Below, piece by piece: positions 12,670 through 26,099 of a DNA stretch of 64,000 bases (position 1 is the first letter of the stretch; the number at the start of each line of letters is the position of its first letter). Source of the stretch: Chiloscyllium plagiosum. Lineage: Eukaryota. The notes under the pieces were generated by a model. The model had not been told where the DNA came from and searched no databases. It worked only from the letters and a program-made list of their open reading frames with translations. Location of the stretch: contig NC_057728.1 in assembly GCF_004010195.1 (NCBI RefSeq), positions 51,945,459 through 52,009,458 on the forward strand, read 5' to 3'. The translations under genes were made by a program, and so were the position numbers.

Positions 12670-14270
12670 ACCTTCATTGCTCAGACCTTGGAGTATAGGA
12701 GTTGGGATGTCATGTTGAGATTGAACAGGATGTTAGTGGGGCCTCTTCTCGAATATTGTGTCCAGTATTGGTTGCTCTGTTATTAGGATATTATTTAGCT
12801 GGAGAGGGCTCAGAAAAGATTTACCAGGACTTTGCCGGGAAAGGAGGGTTTGAGTTATAAAGGCGACGCTGGGACTTTATTTTTTCCACAGAGCGGAAGA
12901 GATTAAGGTTATAATCTTTTATAAAAGTTATTAAAATCATGAAGGGTATAGGTTAGGTGAATGGCATCTTTTCTGTGGTGTGGGATTTCAAGATTAGGAG
13001 GTATATTTCTAAGGATAAGAGGAGAAAGATTTAAAAAGGACATTAGAGCCAACTTTTTTTTAAACCAAGTGGTTTGCGTGTCAAATGCGGAAGTGGTGGA
13101 TGTGGATACAGTTACAATTTTTAAGAGACGTTTGGATAAATACATGAATAAGAAAGGTTTGGCGGGATATGGGCCTAGCGCAGGCAGGTGAGACTAGTTT
13201 AGTTTGGGATTGGTTGGCATGGACTGGTTGGACTGAAAGGTTGGTTTCCATGCTGTGTGACTCTATGACTGAGATTGTTTCCTCTAGTACTCTCCCTGAT
13301 TATCCATTTTAAAAAAATTAAATCTGTAAGAGATTGCAGAGCTTTGAGATGCACAGGGATCTGGGTGTCCTTGTGCATGAATCACAAAAGGTTAGAATGC
13401 AGGTAAAGCAAGTCATAAGGAAAGCTAGAAGATTTTTTATCAGATCTCAAAAGAGGAATTAACCACAAGAGGGTGGAATGCTTCAGTCATACAGGTCACT
13501 ACAGGAGATTGCATATATATTGTGTACCATATTGGTCCCCTTATTTAAGGAAGATGTAAACACATTAGAAGCAACTTAGTTATAGAGATGTACAGCATGG
13601 AAACAGACCCTTCGGTCCAACTCATTTATGCCGACCAGATAGTCTAATCTAATCTAGTCCCATTTGCTAGCATTTGGCCCATATCTCTCTAAACCCTTCC
13701 TATTCATATACCCAACCAGATGCTGGTTAAATGTTGAATTGTACCAGCCTCCACCACTTTCTCTGGCAGCTCATTCCATACATGCACTACCCTCTGCATG
13801 AACAAGCTGCCCCTTAGTTCTCTTAAATTTTTCCCCTCTCACCGTAAACCTATGCCCTCTAGTTCTGGACTCCCCCAGCCCAGGGAAAAGACCTTGTCTA
13901 TTTACCCTATCCATGCTCCTCATGATCTTATAAACCTTTATAAAGGTCACCCCTCAGCCTCCAACACTCCAGGGAAAATAGCCCCAGCCTATTCAGCATC
14001 TCCCTACAGCTCAAATCCTCCAACCCTGGCAACATCCTTGTAAATCTTTTCTGAACCCTTTCAATTTTACACCAACTTAGAGGTTTATTAGAAATACCCA
14101 GAATGAGAAGGTTGTTTTATGAGAAGAGGTTGAACAGGCAAAGCTTGTATCCATTGGAGTTCAGAAGATTAAAAGACAACTTGACTGAACAATCTTGAGG
14201 GGCCTTGACAAGGTAACTAGAGAAAAGATGTTTCCTCTAATGGGACAATCTCAAGATATAAGGGTTTAAG
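12670..14270. mobile_element. Cluster of CR1 3' fragments (+12670-13270; +13320-14270 interrupted by a minus copy at 13580-14070)
   Basis: CR1 RT C-terminal peptides and TATGACTC-type tails. Confidence 0.8.
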
Positions 14271-14283
14271 AATCTGTTAGGAT

Positions 14284-14492
14284 AAAGCGAGGACTGCAAA
14301 TGCTGGAGATCAGAGTCGATTGGGGTGCTGGAAAAGCACAGCAGGTCAGGCAGCATCCGAGGAGGAATTCCTGATGAAGGGCTTATGCCCAAAACGTCTA
14401 TTCTCCTGCTCCTCGGACATTGCCTGACCTGCTGTGCTTTTCCAGCACCACACTCTTGACTCTGATCTCCAGCATCTGCAGTCCTCTCTTTC
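14284..14492. mobile_element. Mini foldback PLE-derived element (hammerhead with GAAA mutated to AAAA)
   Basis: Inverted arms; CTGATGAAGGGCTTATGCCCAAAACG. Confidence 0.75.
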
Positions 14493-15548
14493 TACAAACA
14501 AGCCATTAGCAGTGTGGGTTCCAACAGAGCCTTGCTTGTTGGATTTTATGTTTCCATCTTTAAAGACTCGTGCTGTTTTGTGGATTTGGAATGGTCAAGA
14601 GCCCAGTTGGTCTTGATGAAGGACATGCTCAGGTAAAACCTGTGACTGCTCATACCTGCCCAGATGTGGATAAATGCTTTTAGTGATGTTAGTCAAGCTG
14701 GGGCAGTCATCAGACCTGTCCACTGGTGACAAGGTCACAATAACCAACTTAAATGAGCCTTTTGTATGAGAAGACATGTGCTCATTTATAAGAGGCAATA
14801 TGTCAGTTAAAAAGCCTGGCTAACTTTGGAAAGTAAACATGCAAAAATCTCTCTCTGATCCTTACAAGGCGAGCCAACTTAATCAGCAGCTGACATGGAG
14901 AGTACTTTAGTGCAGATCATGACTCTAATATTTAGCCTATTCAGGGCAGAAGTCATCAGTAAATTGGACCAATAATAGAACTTATCACTCATGGAAATAA
15001 GATGGTCATAAATTCAGCCATGATCAATCCCACTGGTTGTCACCTCCTTGCATGCACAAAATAGTGCACAAATTACTGGGCAGATTAACCTCCTGACAGG
15101 CCAGGAAATGAAGTGAACATTTCTTCCTTGCCTGCTTTCTCCTGGTTGACAGGATTTTAAAAGTTCTGTACAGTGCGAGGGCATGTTAGCCTTGACAGCT
15201 TCTGTATGATGAGCATGGAATTCTCCCACAGCTGTTTGATCAAAAAGTCCTCACTGGATGTCACCACAGAAATTTCCAAAATCCTCTATCTCAGGAGGAC
15301 CACTGGTACTCGGTTATCGATTCTTTTCAATGCAGAAATTGTGGGATTTTTGGTCACTAAGGGAATTGATGAATATTAGGATAATGCAGGAAGGTAAAGT
15401 TGGGTAAAAGATCACCATTATCTTGCTGATTAGCACTGAAAGGCTTCCCTCAAAATCCTTTCTTTTTAAAAGTACAGATAACAGGTTCACAGTTTCAAAA
15501 TTAGTGCAAGGCCAACTCAAGTCTCACCCTCATTTTTAAAATAAAATT

Positions 15549-15554
15549 TTTAAT
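15549..15554 (-). terminator. Candidate POLR3B poly(A) signal ATTAAA
   Basis: First AATAAA/ATTAAA hexamer I find on the minus strand after the stop (~450 nt downstream), followed by GT/T-rich sequence. Confidence 0.5.
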
Positions 15555-16002
15555 TGATGCACTAACAGTTTACAGAATAAAATATGATGAGTAGCCACCT
15601 TCCAACATTTTCAAAACTTAAATTAAATCAAATAAACCAATTCTTCTTCAAGGCTATGTCTGCCACTCAGCTACTCCCAGCTGTGGCGGTTATAAGTGAA
15701 TGATGTTGGGTGGTTTAGTGAACAAACACAAGGCTCTGCATTAACTCTGCTCCCTCAGTTCGAGAACCGGCCAGACCTTTATGAAGGCAGCTACAGTCAG
15801 TTTTGCTGTATTGTCTCAGCCCATCAATCACCAGCAAATTAATTCCTCTCCTTGCCAACGTGAGCTGAACAGGGAGCATAAAACAGATATATCGCAGTTT
15901 TCAATCACTCCTCTACAGCCAGTTGATACTCAGGAGAAAGTCTCTGTGCCGCAAGAATTCTTGCTTTTCTGCTTAAACACTTTCCTCATGTTCCAGAACA
16001 GA

Positions 16003-16206
<204 letters not shown>

Positions 16207-16375
16207 TTAAAAAAAAAATCAGTCACCTCCCAGGAATGCAGAAGGAAGTATTGTTTTTCACATGGCAATATCATACAGAGATAAATCCAACTGTGTTTGT
16301 AAAATGTAAAAGAGAAAACTATGCAAACTATTACAGCTCTAATTCACTAGTACAGAATCTTTTTGCCTGAGGCGG

Positions 16376-16511
16376 CAAGATTTGATTGAGGTGCACAAGG
16401 TCATGAGGGGTCTGGATAGAGTGGATGGGAGGAACTTAGTTCCCTGAACTGAGGGAGAGGGAGAGGGAGAGAAAATGATATGTACAAGGATTGGGGGGGG
16501 GGGGGGGGGGG

Positions 16512-16547
<36 letters not shown>

Positions 16548-16810
16548 AGAACATAAGAAAACCACTTTTTCTTCAGAGTTTGGTGAAGGTCTGGAACTCA
16601 CTGCCTGAGAGGGTAGTGGCACAAAACCCAGTCCTTTAAAATTACAAACAGCAGGTTCACAGTTTCAACATTAGTGCAAGACAAACTCAAGTTGTCTCAC
16701 CCTCATTTTCAAATTAAATTTTTAATTGATGCATTAAAATGCAACTGATGCCATGTACAAAATAGACTGGAGTACTGGAAAAAGGGAGGAGGCTAGGTAG
16801 CTTGTTCTTT
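16376..16810 (+). mobile_element. Old CR1 3' fragment with poly-G run (16493-16546) and an inserted copy of the poly(A) region
   Basis: LIEVHKVMRGLDRVD-type CR1 remnant on the left, CR1-tail-like sequence on the right of the insert. Confidence 0.6.
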
Positions 16811-17339
16811 GCCCAGTGTAATCAGTGGGAATAGGGGTCATGGTTTACTCTTGTGAAGTAAAATTTTCTACATTTTCTATGTATTCAGGACAAGAAAGAT
16901 GTCCAGGGACATTGGGAGAGGCAGAATGGTCATAAATGGGTCAAATGGCCTTTTTCCTTTGCTGTAATAATTCTATGAGCTGTGATTAATTATACTTATT
17001 GAGTGATGTATCCTGAATATTATTGTGAAGATTAAAACCATACTCCAGAAAACTCAAGCATTTACTATTTTCTGAACACACTACAGATAAACTGTACCAC
17101 ACAACCAAGTAACAAGAAAATCTAAGATCTCTGCACATAGGATAAACATTAAATGCAGTTAAAATGTTTAGAACACACATTCTCAAAGAACCAGGATAGT
17201 GACAGCAAATAGGTTATGGTAGTGTAGCAACCTTGACACAAACTTCACCGTCAGGTTAAGTCCATCCTGTCATGTGATGAAGTTAATAACCAATAAATCT
17301 GGCAATCTGTGGGAAAGATTGATTTGTCTGGCCCCAAGG

Positions 17340-17660
17340 CCTAACAAAAGAAAGGCTTGCATTTCAATAGCACCTGCCACAATGGAAAGTGCTCCCAGCT
17401 TTCAATGTAGAAAATATACCAGCCAATTCGGACACAGCTACCTCCCAGAAACAATAGTGTGATAGTGATCCGATCATCTGTTTAATGCAGAGAGGGATAT
17501 TTATCTGCCACACTATACTGGAGAGATTTTCCCTGATCATCTTCGAAAATGTGGTGTGGGATCAGTCATACCCACCCATTAGACAGGAGGGCGATTTAAT
17601 AATTCCTCTGAATGGCTGACCCTCTCTCAGCACTGGCCCACCAAAAGCGCGGCACTCCCT
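17340..17660 (-). mobile_element. Ancient SINE remnant (Deu/SacSINE-like)
   Basis: Similar by eye to 53415-53720 and 39930-40150. Confidence 0.4.
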
Positions 17661-17955
17661 CAGCGCTGGCCCACCGAAGCTCAGCCCTGCTTCTGTGTGG
17701 TCCCTCGGATAGTGCTGGCCTTCTGAAAATGTGGCATACTCTTACTCCTTTTCTCCCTCCTTTAGAAGAGTAGCACCCTCTTAGCATTGCATTGATTTGG
17801 CAGAACGGAGTGATTTGGACCCAATTCTTTGAACAAGAACTTTATATCTTAACCTAAGATGCGACTTCAACCATGAGCAATGCTTTATGGGGTGAAGATA
17901 GCTAATGCTCTCAGGGCACCTCTTAGCAACAAGTGGATGGAAGTAGATGTATTTA

Positions 17956-18138
<183 letters not shown>

Positions 18139-19732
18139 TCAAATTTTGAGAGAATCATCACGAAATTAAGATAACGTGAAGCTTGCAAACTGCAAAATTA
18201 CATACACAGTACAAACACAGGTATCTATACAATGGGGATCTTACTGATGTAGACAGATTTTTAAATTAGTAGAGATTCAACATATAGAAGATAAGAACTT
18301 CATCCCAGGAATGACTTGACTGTACCTTCTCTGAACTGCTTCTAAAACAATTTCCAGGAAATGGCAGGAAAGTAGATTTGAGGATCAGTGATCAAACAAA
18401 TGGTCAAACAAGTTTAATGAGCTGAATATCCTTCTGCAGTTTATCTCAAAACCTTTTAGTCCAATCCCCAACGTTGTCCTTTTTACTTTAAATTTTAGTA
18501 CATTATCATAGAATCATATAACCCCTACAGCATGGAAACAGGCCCTTTGGCCCAACAAGTCCACACCAATTCCCTCTGAAGAGTAACCCACCCAGACCCA
18601 CTCTCCTCCCCCTCCCCTATTACCCTAGATTTACCCCTGACTTATGCACCTAGCCTACATATCAGTGAGTAATTTAGCAACTATGGGCACTTTACCCAAC
18701 TTGAACACCTGCATACTTCACTGAAACTTTAATGAATGCCAAATTAAGTTGTTGTTTGATAGTACACAACTTCAGTGCTGCTAAAGAAAAGGATTTACTG
18801 TCAAAGCTTTTCATCTTGCACACATCAGGACAGAATTGCAAGAATACCAAATTTCAAAAGGAATACAGGAGCAAGAGCTTGTTCCACCATTCGATGGGCT
18901 GATTTGGTTATGGTCTAATCTACACTTTCCTGCGTGACCCAGTAACTCCTGATTCACCAGTCTATCAAATGTCTATTTAAGTCAGCCTTGAATAAATACA
19001 GGCCCAACCTGTACTCACCTCTGGAGGAGCAAAATTACACAGTCGAACAATTTTCTGTGAGGAGAAACTTCTCATCTCTGTTTCAAACCATGTCCCTAGT
19101 TTTAGTTTCTCCCTGAAGAAACACCCTCCTGGTATCCATCTTATCCTGTAGCCTTGAATATTTCATTAAGATCACCTCTCACTCTATTAAATTCCACTGG
19201 ATATAGATCCAACTTGTTCAAACTTGGATTCAATCAGATCCGCAGCGTGACTCACTCACGTGCCCTGTGTGAAACTTCTAACATACGTCAGTGAGTAACA
19301 CTGTAAGCCTGACTAACAATCTTTAAACATTTGTAAGTGTAATTCTTAGCAGAATCAGGATTGCTTAAAGTGGTTCCCAGTTGTGGAATCACATCTAATA
19401 TTGGACTTGATGATAATGAGGTAATATCCAATGTTCTGCCTGCTGTGGAGAGCCATAGGGACAGGCTGCCTGTGAAGATCTGCCACTGGAGCCTTGGGAT
19501 GTGTGCCTTACATACCTGCAATCACACTTGCACTAAAGTCTGGGAAGCTTTGACTGCTGGTTTCTTTTTCAACAGTAGCTAAATTATATCCAAAGATTCA
19601 ATTTCAGATCCCTATCTCTAACCATATACAATGGGAACGGTTCCAGTCAGCTGACCAACTGAAGATCTCCATGACCTGCAGCTGGACTATTAAGCAATGA
19701 GACAATATTAATTCAACACTGATGAGAGCTCA

Positions 19733-19909
<177 letters not shown>

Positions 19910-20929
19910 CTAACAGCATGTGGGTGAGAGACTTGTTGTACATTACCACATGGACTGTAGTGGAACAAAGTGGCATACAATCACAGCTTTATCGAGGACG
20001 ACTATTAGTGATACCGCTATCCAGAGAATGAATGAATAAAAATAATTTTTGAAGCCCAACTGTAACAAATTCAGCATAATCTGTCTCATTATACTCAATA
20101 AACATTTTAAGGATCTTAGTACTTATTAACTGCCTAGATCTCTGCTTTCATAATTAGATTTTTTTTTTTTTTAAATCAAACACAAGAATATTTCGAAACA
20201 TTAACACAAAATATGGATTAATCACTTTTACTACGGTTCTTAACTTCCTTGAGCGTTCAGCAAATTTGTACTCTATACTTTTAATCTTCACTTTTTTAAA
20301 ATGTCAGACATGGCACTTGGATGTTTATGTGCTTATGACACCACAGTCAACACGTGCAATGAAGTGCTTTATGAAGTCCATTTTTTATTGCAGTGTAGAC
20401 ATCAAGAGCATTAAATTGGAATAAAGCAGTAAGATCAATGACTAAGTGATCAGTTTTTGATAAGTATCGATTGGGACACTAGGGAGAACCTTCCTCCAGA
20501 CAGCATATGCGCTATGGGATAAATCAAATCTAAATAAATGGACAAACGGAGCTTTTGTTTTGTCTTGTCCAAAAGAGCTGCTATTCTGACAGGTGGCATT
20601 TCCTCAGAACTGCACAGTGCTGAAAGAGTTTAAGGATTCAAGATCTAAGCTGACTTTGAAGAGGCAGCTCCCACTGCTCTAATGTCTCAGTTTAGACACA
20701 TTGATAAAACTGTATACTTTGCAGCAAAGGTTATATATACTTTCATTGCTAACAGCCAGTTATATTGACTGTTACTATTACATATTATTGTACAGAGTAT
20801 CTAGGTCAAATCAGAGAATAATGCAGCACTGAATGAGGCCTTTCAGTCCATCAGGTTGGCATTGGCTCTTTTCAGAGAAGTTGAATTAGCCATACTCCTT
20901 CCCTGCACATTTCCCTCTTCATCAAACAT

Positions 20930-21880
20930 ATAGGCACTTTGGCCCACTATGTTGTGCTTCAGCATTTACCTTAATGTATGATCAACCTAACCTACACATC
21001 CCTCAATGTACTGTCGTCCAGCAGTTACTTAAACGTCCCTAATGTCTCCGATTCTACTACCTCTGCTGGCTGTGCAATCCATGGACCCACCATATTCTGC
21101 ATAAAGAACCTACCTCTGACATCTCCCCTATACCTTCCTCCGATCACCTTAAAATTATGACCCCTTGTGACTGCCATTTCTACACCGGGGAAAAGTATCT
21201 GGCTATCTACTCTATGCTTCTGTTTACCTTGTATACCTCTATCAAGTCACCTCTCTTCCTTCTTCTTCCCAGTGGGAAAAGCCCAAGCTCATTTAACCTC
21301 TCTTCATAACAGAAGCTCTCCAATCCAGGCAGAATCTTGGTAAATCTCCTCTGCACCCTCTCAAAAGCACCTACATCCTTCCTATAATGAGGTGACCAGA
21401 ACTGGACACAATATTCTAGTGCAGTCTAACCAGGGTTTAGAATCATAGAATCCCTACTGTGTGGAAACAGGCCCTTCGGCCCAACTAGTTCACATTGACC
21501 GTCTATAGAGTAACCCACCCAAACCCACTCCCCTAACCTATTACTCTACACTTACCCCTGATTAATGTACCTAACTTACACATCCCTTAACACTATGTGC
21601 AATTTAGCACGGACAATTCACCCAATCCGCACATCTTTGGATGGTGGAAGGAAACCAGAGCACTCAGAGGAAATCCACACAGACACAGGGAGAATGTGGA
21701 AATTCCACACAGCCAGTCGCCAGAGGCTGGAATCAAACCCAGGTCCATGGTGCTGTGAGGCAGCAGTGCTAACCACTGAGTGACTGTGCCACCCCATTTT
21801 ATTGAATTGCATTTACTGGGTTTTATAGAGTTGCAGCAAAACCTTGTGGCTCTTAAACTCAATCCCCTTGTTAATGAAAG
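20930..21880 (-). mobile_element. CR1 3' fragment interrupted by an HE1-type SINE (21438-21795)
   Basis: CR1 RT C-terminal sequence on both sides; SINE has tRNA-like A and B boxes on minus. Confidence 0.8.
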
Positions 21881-22210
21881 GCATTCAAGTATTTAAGCAA
21901 TTCCCTTTTGAAAGATACTGTCCCTATCAGATACACATTTCTTTCAGACAGCTTGGATGGAACAAAAATGTAATTCTCCCCCCAGTTTTGCTAGCAAAAC
22001 TTTCAACCTGTCTCCTCTGGTTACCAATCCTTCCATCACTGGTAACAGTTTCTCCTTAGTTACCGTGTTTAAGGGTTTCATGATTTTGAACCTCTGTCAA
22101 ATCTCTCCACAACCTTCTGTCTTCAGAAATACTATCCGATATGTCTATTCTCACCATAAAAGTCTAGAATGGCATTAGTGGTGTTAATATACAGTACTAG
22201 GAGAAATATT

Positions 22211-22298
22211 GCTGATGAAGGGCTTATGCCTGAAACATCAATTCTCCTGCTCCTCAGATGCTGCCTGACCTGCTGTGCATTGCCAGCACCACACTCTC
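22211..22298 (+). mobile_element. Mini PLE terminal fragment with partly degenerate hammerhead core
   Basis: CTGATGAAGGGCTTATGCCTGAAAC... Confidence 0.7.
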
Positions 22299-22345
22299 TA
22301 GTTAAAATACAGGACATCAAGATCAATATTTATGAAACAGACTTA

Positions 22346-22513
<168 letters not shown>

Positions 22514-24648
22514 CTAGAGACAAGGAAATGACAGGAAGTAACATATTCACAAATCCTGGAAAGTCCCAGAATTCAGAAATGATTACTATTTCCCCAATTC
22601 TCAAGCCTAGCTTTCAATTACAGCTATTGCATGGTTTCACTCTACGTTAGTGACACACTCCCAACCACTCCAAAGTTACTCCCTCATCCCAGAACCTCTC
22701 CCATCCCATCAAAAGGACACTGGATTATTATTATTATTCAGATAGAAATGGTGAGCAGAGTATTGGGAAAAAGGCAAGAAATTTGCACCAGTGTAAACAA
22801 GATGGCCCAATGCATCCTCCTGACTGTGAAATCTCTGTATCTATATTATTCAGCTACCCCACCCATCCATTGGAATTCACTTTCCATGGCACTTCCCATC
22901 TTCTCTCTCGCCCTTCCGAATGTATTTTTCCCAGCAACCGTCCCTTTCCTTTCTGACTGACTGTAACACATTCACCAACATTAAAAACAGACACGAATTT
23001 ATACTTTCGCTTGATCCCAGCAAATCGTACCCCTTTGTTTCAGTTTTATGCAAGGTAAGAGATGAGTGTTCATTAAGTTGATTACAAGAGATTCTGGTCT
23101 CTTTTGTCCCAATGGATGGACAACAAATGTTAGCCTTGTCAGTGTCACGTTTGACAACAACAATTTTTTAAAAATCCTGGCATGCCTTCAAAAAAGTATA
23201 AATAATTTAACTATTTTAATCATACTCATTTCTGCCAGCGGGAAGTGGGGGGGGGAAGAGAAAGAGGCAACACATTTGCTCATTAGTTGTATACACTGGG
23301 CAAGAATTCAGCAAAACACAGTACACACAGACATGGAATGTCTCAGTGGGCTTACGCCTCATCAAAAACTGTGGATCCAGATCTTGGAACTTTTTTTTTT
23401 AAAGAAGGGTCCATCAACAATGGAAAATGGGTAAATTGATTTGTTTTTAGAGCACTGTGCATTGATTTATTGAGAATATTGTTGACTGTGTCAGCTGTCA
23501 TACTAGAATTTGTTACAGCTGTCAAAATATATGACCTGAGCTTTCATACTAGGTTGCTGGATACAAATTGACTTTAAAGCAGAGATGAAACCACTTAATT
23601 AGAAATCTTTATTTTCGCAACTTTGTGGCTACAGGGATGGGAAAAAGCCTCACTTAAAAACTGTGCATCCGCAAGAACGCTGAATTAATACAGTGTGGTG
23701 GAGGCATGCACTCCAATGAATGCTCTTGTGACTTTATTTTTTAAGATTAAATGGCAGGTGACATTATTGACAAAAAGTCCATACATCAGGTCTACAGTTT
23801 GACAGCACAAATAGATAGTTCCGATAACCAATGATGCTTTGAAACAAGAACAGGTCTTTCAACACCTCAAACACACAAACTGGACCATCATTGATCTGTA
23901 CCTCAAATCTATTTATTCTCCTTAAACTGTATATTCTTTGATAGTCTTACCTAACACAAATCTATTCATTTGAATATTGAAAGTCCCAACTTACCTCTAG
24001 AATCAACATTCTCTTTGGGAAGAAAGTTTCAGAATTTTGTAAACTGGGGTGCGAACAGGCTTTTTTGCAATTAAAAGCCAACCACGTATCTTCAGAGTTG
24101 AGGATGCAGGGAAAATCTTTCAGCCAATTTCTCCCACTAAACTCTCATTAACGTTGAGACAGAATGTGTTGCAAGTCTTTCAGTGCATATCTACCATGAT
24201 GCTGGTCATCCCAGCTGCTGCCTGAGCTATACTAGAAAAGTGCCCTGTTTGCATTGCTTCTTTATTGACTGGCTGGAAAATCTAACTACTCTGTCAAGGA
24301 GTGCCTCAATACACACTTCGTTAGAGACCTTTTCCAATATTAAACATTTAGAATATGGCGAATGCAGAACTCCTATTTGTTTAATGCGAAAGGGAACCCA
24401 AGGAAGGTTAAAAATGTCCAAGTATTTAAACTGAACCCGAAGGGTTTTGAAAACTGGTGAATCGGACTTACAATATCATTTTGGAGTGCTAAAATAATCC
24501 TCATATCAATGCAAGTTGAGCCCCATTTTAGATTTAAATTATAAATTCAGTGTTAAGGCATATAGCAGAATAGGTACTGAAGTAGCAGTGTAACCGGCTC
24601 CTTGGTGATCCAACTTTCAAAAAGTGCCATACAAAGAGAATCCCTTCA

Positions 24649-24927
<279 letters not shown>

Positions 24928-25429
24928 TCACAAATGCACCATCCAATCATTGGCATGCTACAAAGACTCTGTAAACACAGATATATTTCCAAACCACACT
25001 GCTCATTTCCACATGATCACTTGCATATCAGATTCTGAAAGGTAATACACTTTAAAAAATTCCTCAAATGTTTTGACTATTCTTGCTCATACCATCCCTG
25101 GATGATAAAATCTTAATTCTATGGTTAAATGGTTACGTTACTTTGACCAAGGTCAGGGATTAAAATCGGGAGAATGGGAGTTCATGACAATTTCAATTGT
25201 CGAACTCAGTTTAAACCAATCTGGAAATAAAGAGCTGGCATCAGTGAAAACAAAAAGTGATTTCTATCCCATACCAATGCCATGAATTCCTGACAAAGTC
25301 ACTTATTTGTAGCAGAACAGTTCATGATGGGCACACAAGAATTTGAAACAGGCGGCCATTTGGCCCATTGAGCCCTGCTCTATATTAAGTATCAGTCTCT
25401 GCAAGGTCAGTCACAATCTGAGAATTAAT

Positions 25430-25705
25430 ATTTTCATAAGGGGAAAAGACATAAAAGGAACCTAAGGGGAAACTTCTTCACGCAGAGAGTTGTGCGTGTA
25501 TGGAATGAGCTACCAGAGGAAGTGCTGGAGGCTGGTACAATTGCAGCATTTAAGATATCTGGATGCTTAGATGAATAGGAAGGGTTTGGAGGGATATGGC
25601 CAAAGTGCTGGAGAATGGGACTAGATTAGGTTGGGATCTCTGGTCGGCATAGACGAGTTGGACCGAAGGGTCTGTTTCCATGCTGTACATTTCTATGACT
25701 CTCTA
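25430..25705 (+). mobile_element. CR1 3' tail fragment
   Basis: NFFTQRVVRVWNELPEEV and TATGACTC end. Confidence 0.85.
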
Positions 25706-25819
25706 ACTCGAAGAATGGAAAAGTTGGATTGAGTGTGAATTTTTTCCACTCTTAAGTAGAATGTACCCAGCATCTAAGCAAATTAATTGCTGCAACATCG
25801 CAGCAGTTGTTTAAAACCA

Positions 25820-26099
25820 GCGGCACGGTGGCTCAGTGGTTAGCACTGCTGCCTCACAGCACCAGTGTTCCAGGTTCGATTCCAGCCTCGGGCGACTGTG
25901 TGGAGATTGCATATTTTCTGCGTCTGCATGGGTTTCCTCCCACAGTCCAAAGATGTGCAGGTCAGGTGAATTGGCCATGCTAAGTTGCCTATGGTGCATT
26001 AGTCAAAGGGAAATGGGTCTGGGTGGGTTACTCTTCAGAGGGTTGGTGTGGACTGGTTGGGCCGAAGGGCCTGTTTCCACTCTGTAGGGAATCTAATCA
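25820..26099 (+). mobile_element. HE1-type tRNA-derived SINE with intact Pol III internal promoter boxes
   Basis: A box TGGCTCAGTGG 25829-25839, B box GGTTCGATTCC 25873-25883, CR1-derived tail. Confidence 0.85.

Noticed and set aside
16339..16622. Poly-proline ORFs
   Set aside because: Produced by the poly-G run at 16493-16546, whose length may itself be a sequencing artefact
18790..18835. Additional hammerhead-like motif (minus, CTGATGT...GAAA)
   Set aside because: Core mismatch and no convincing stem II
25820..25895. Possible tRNA gene
   Set aside because: A and B boxes run into a SINE body and CR1 tail present in several copies; it is a SINE head
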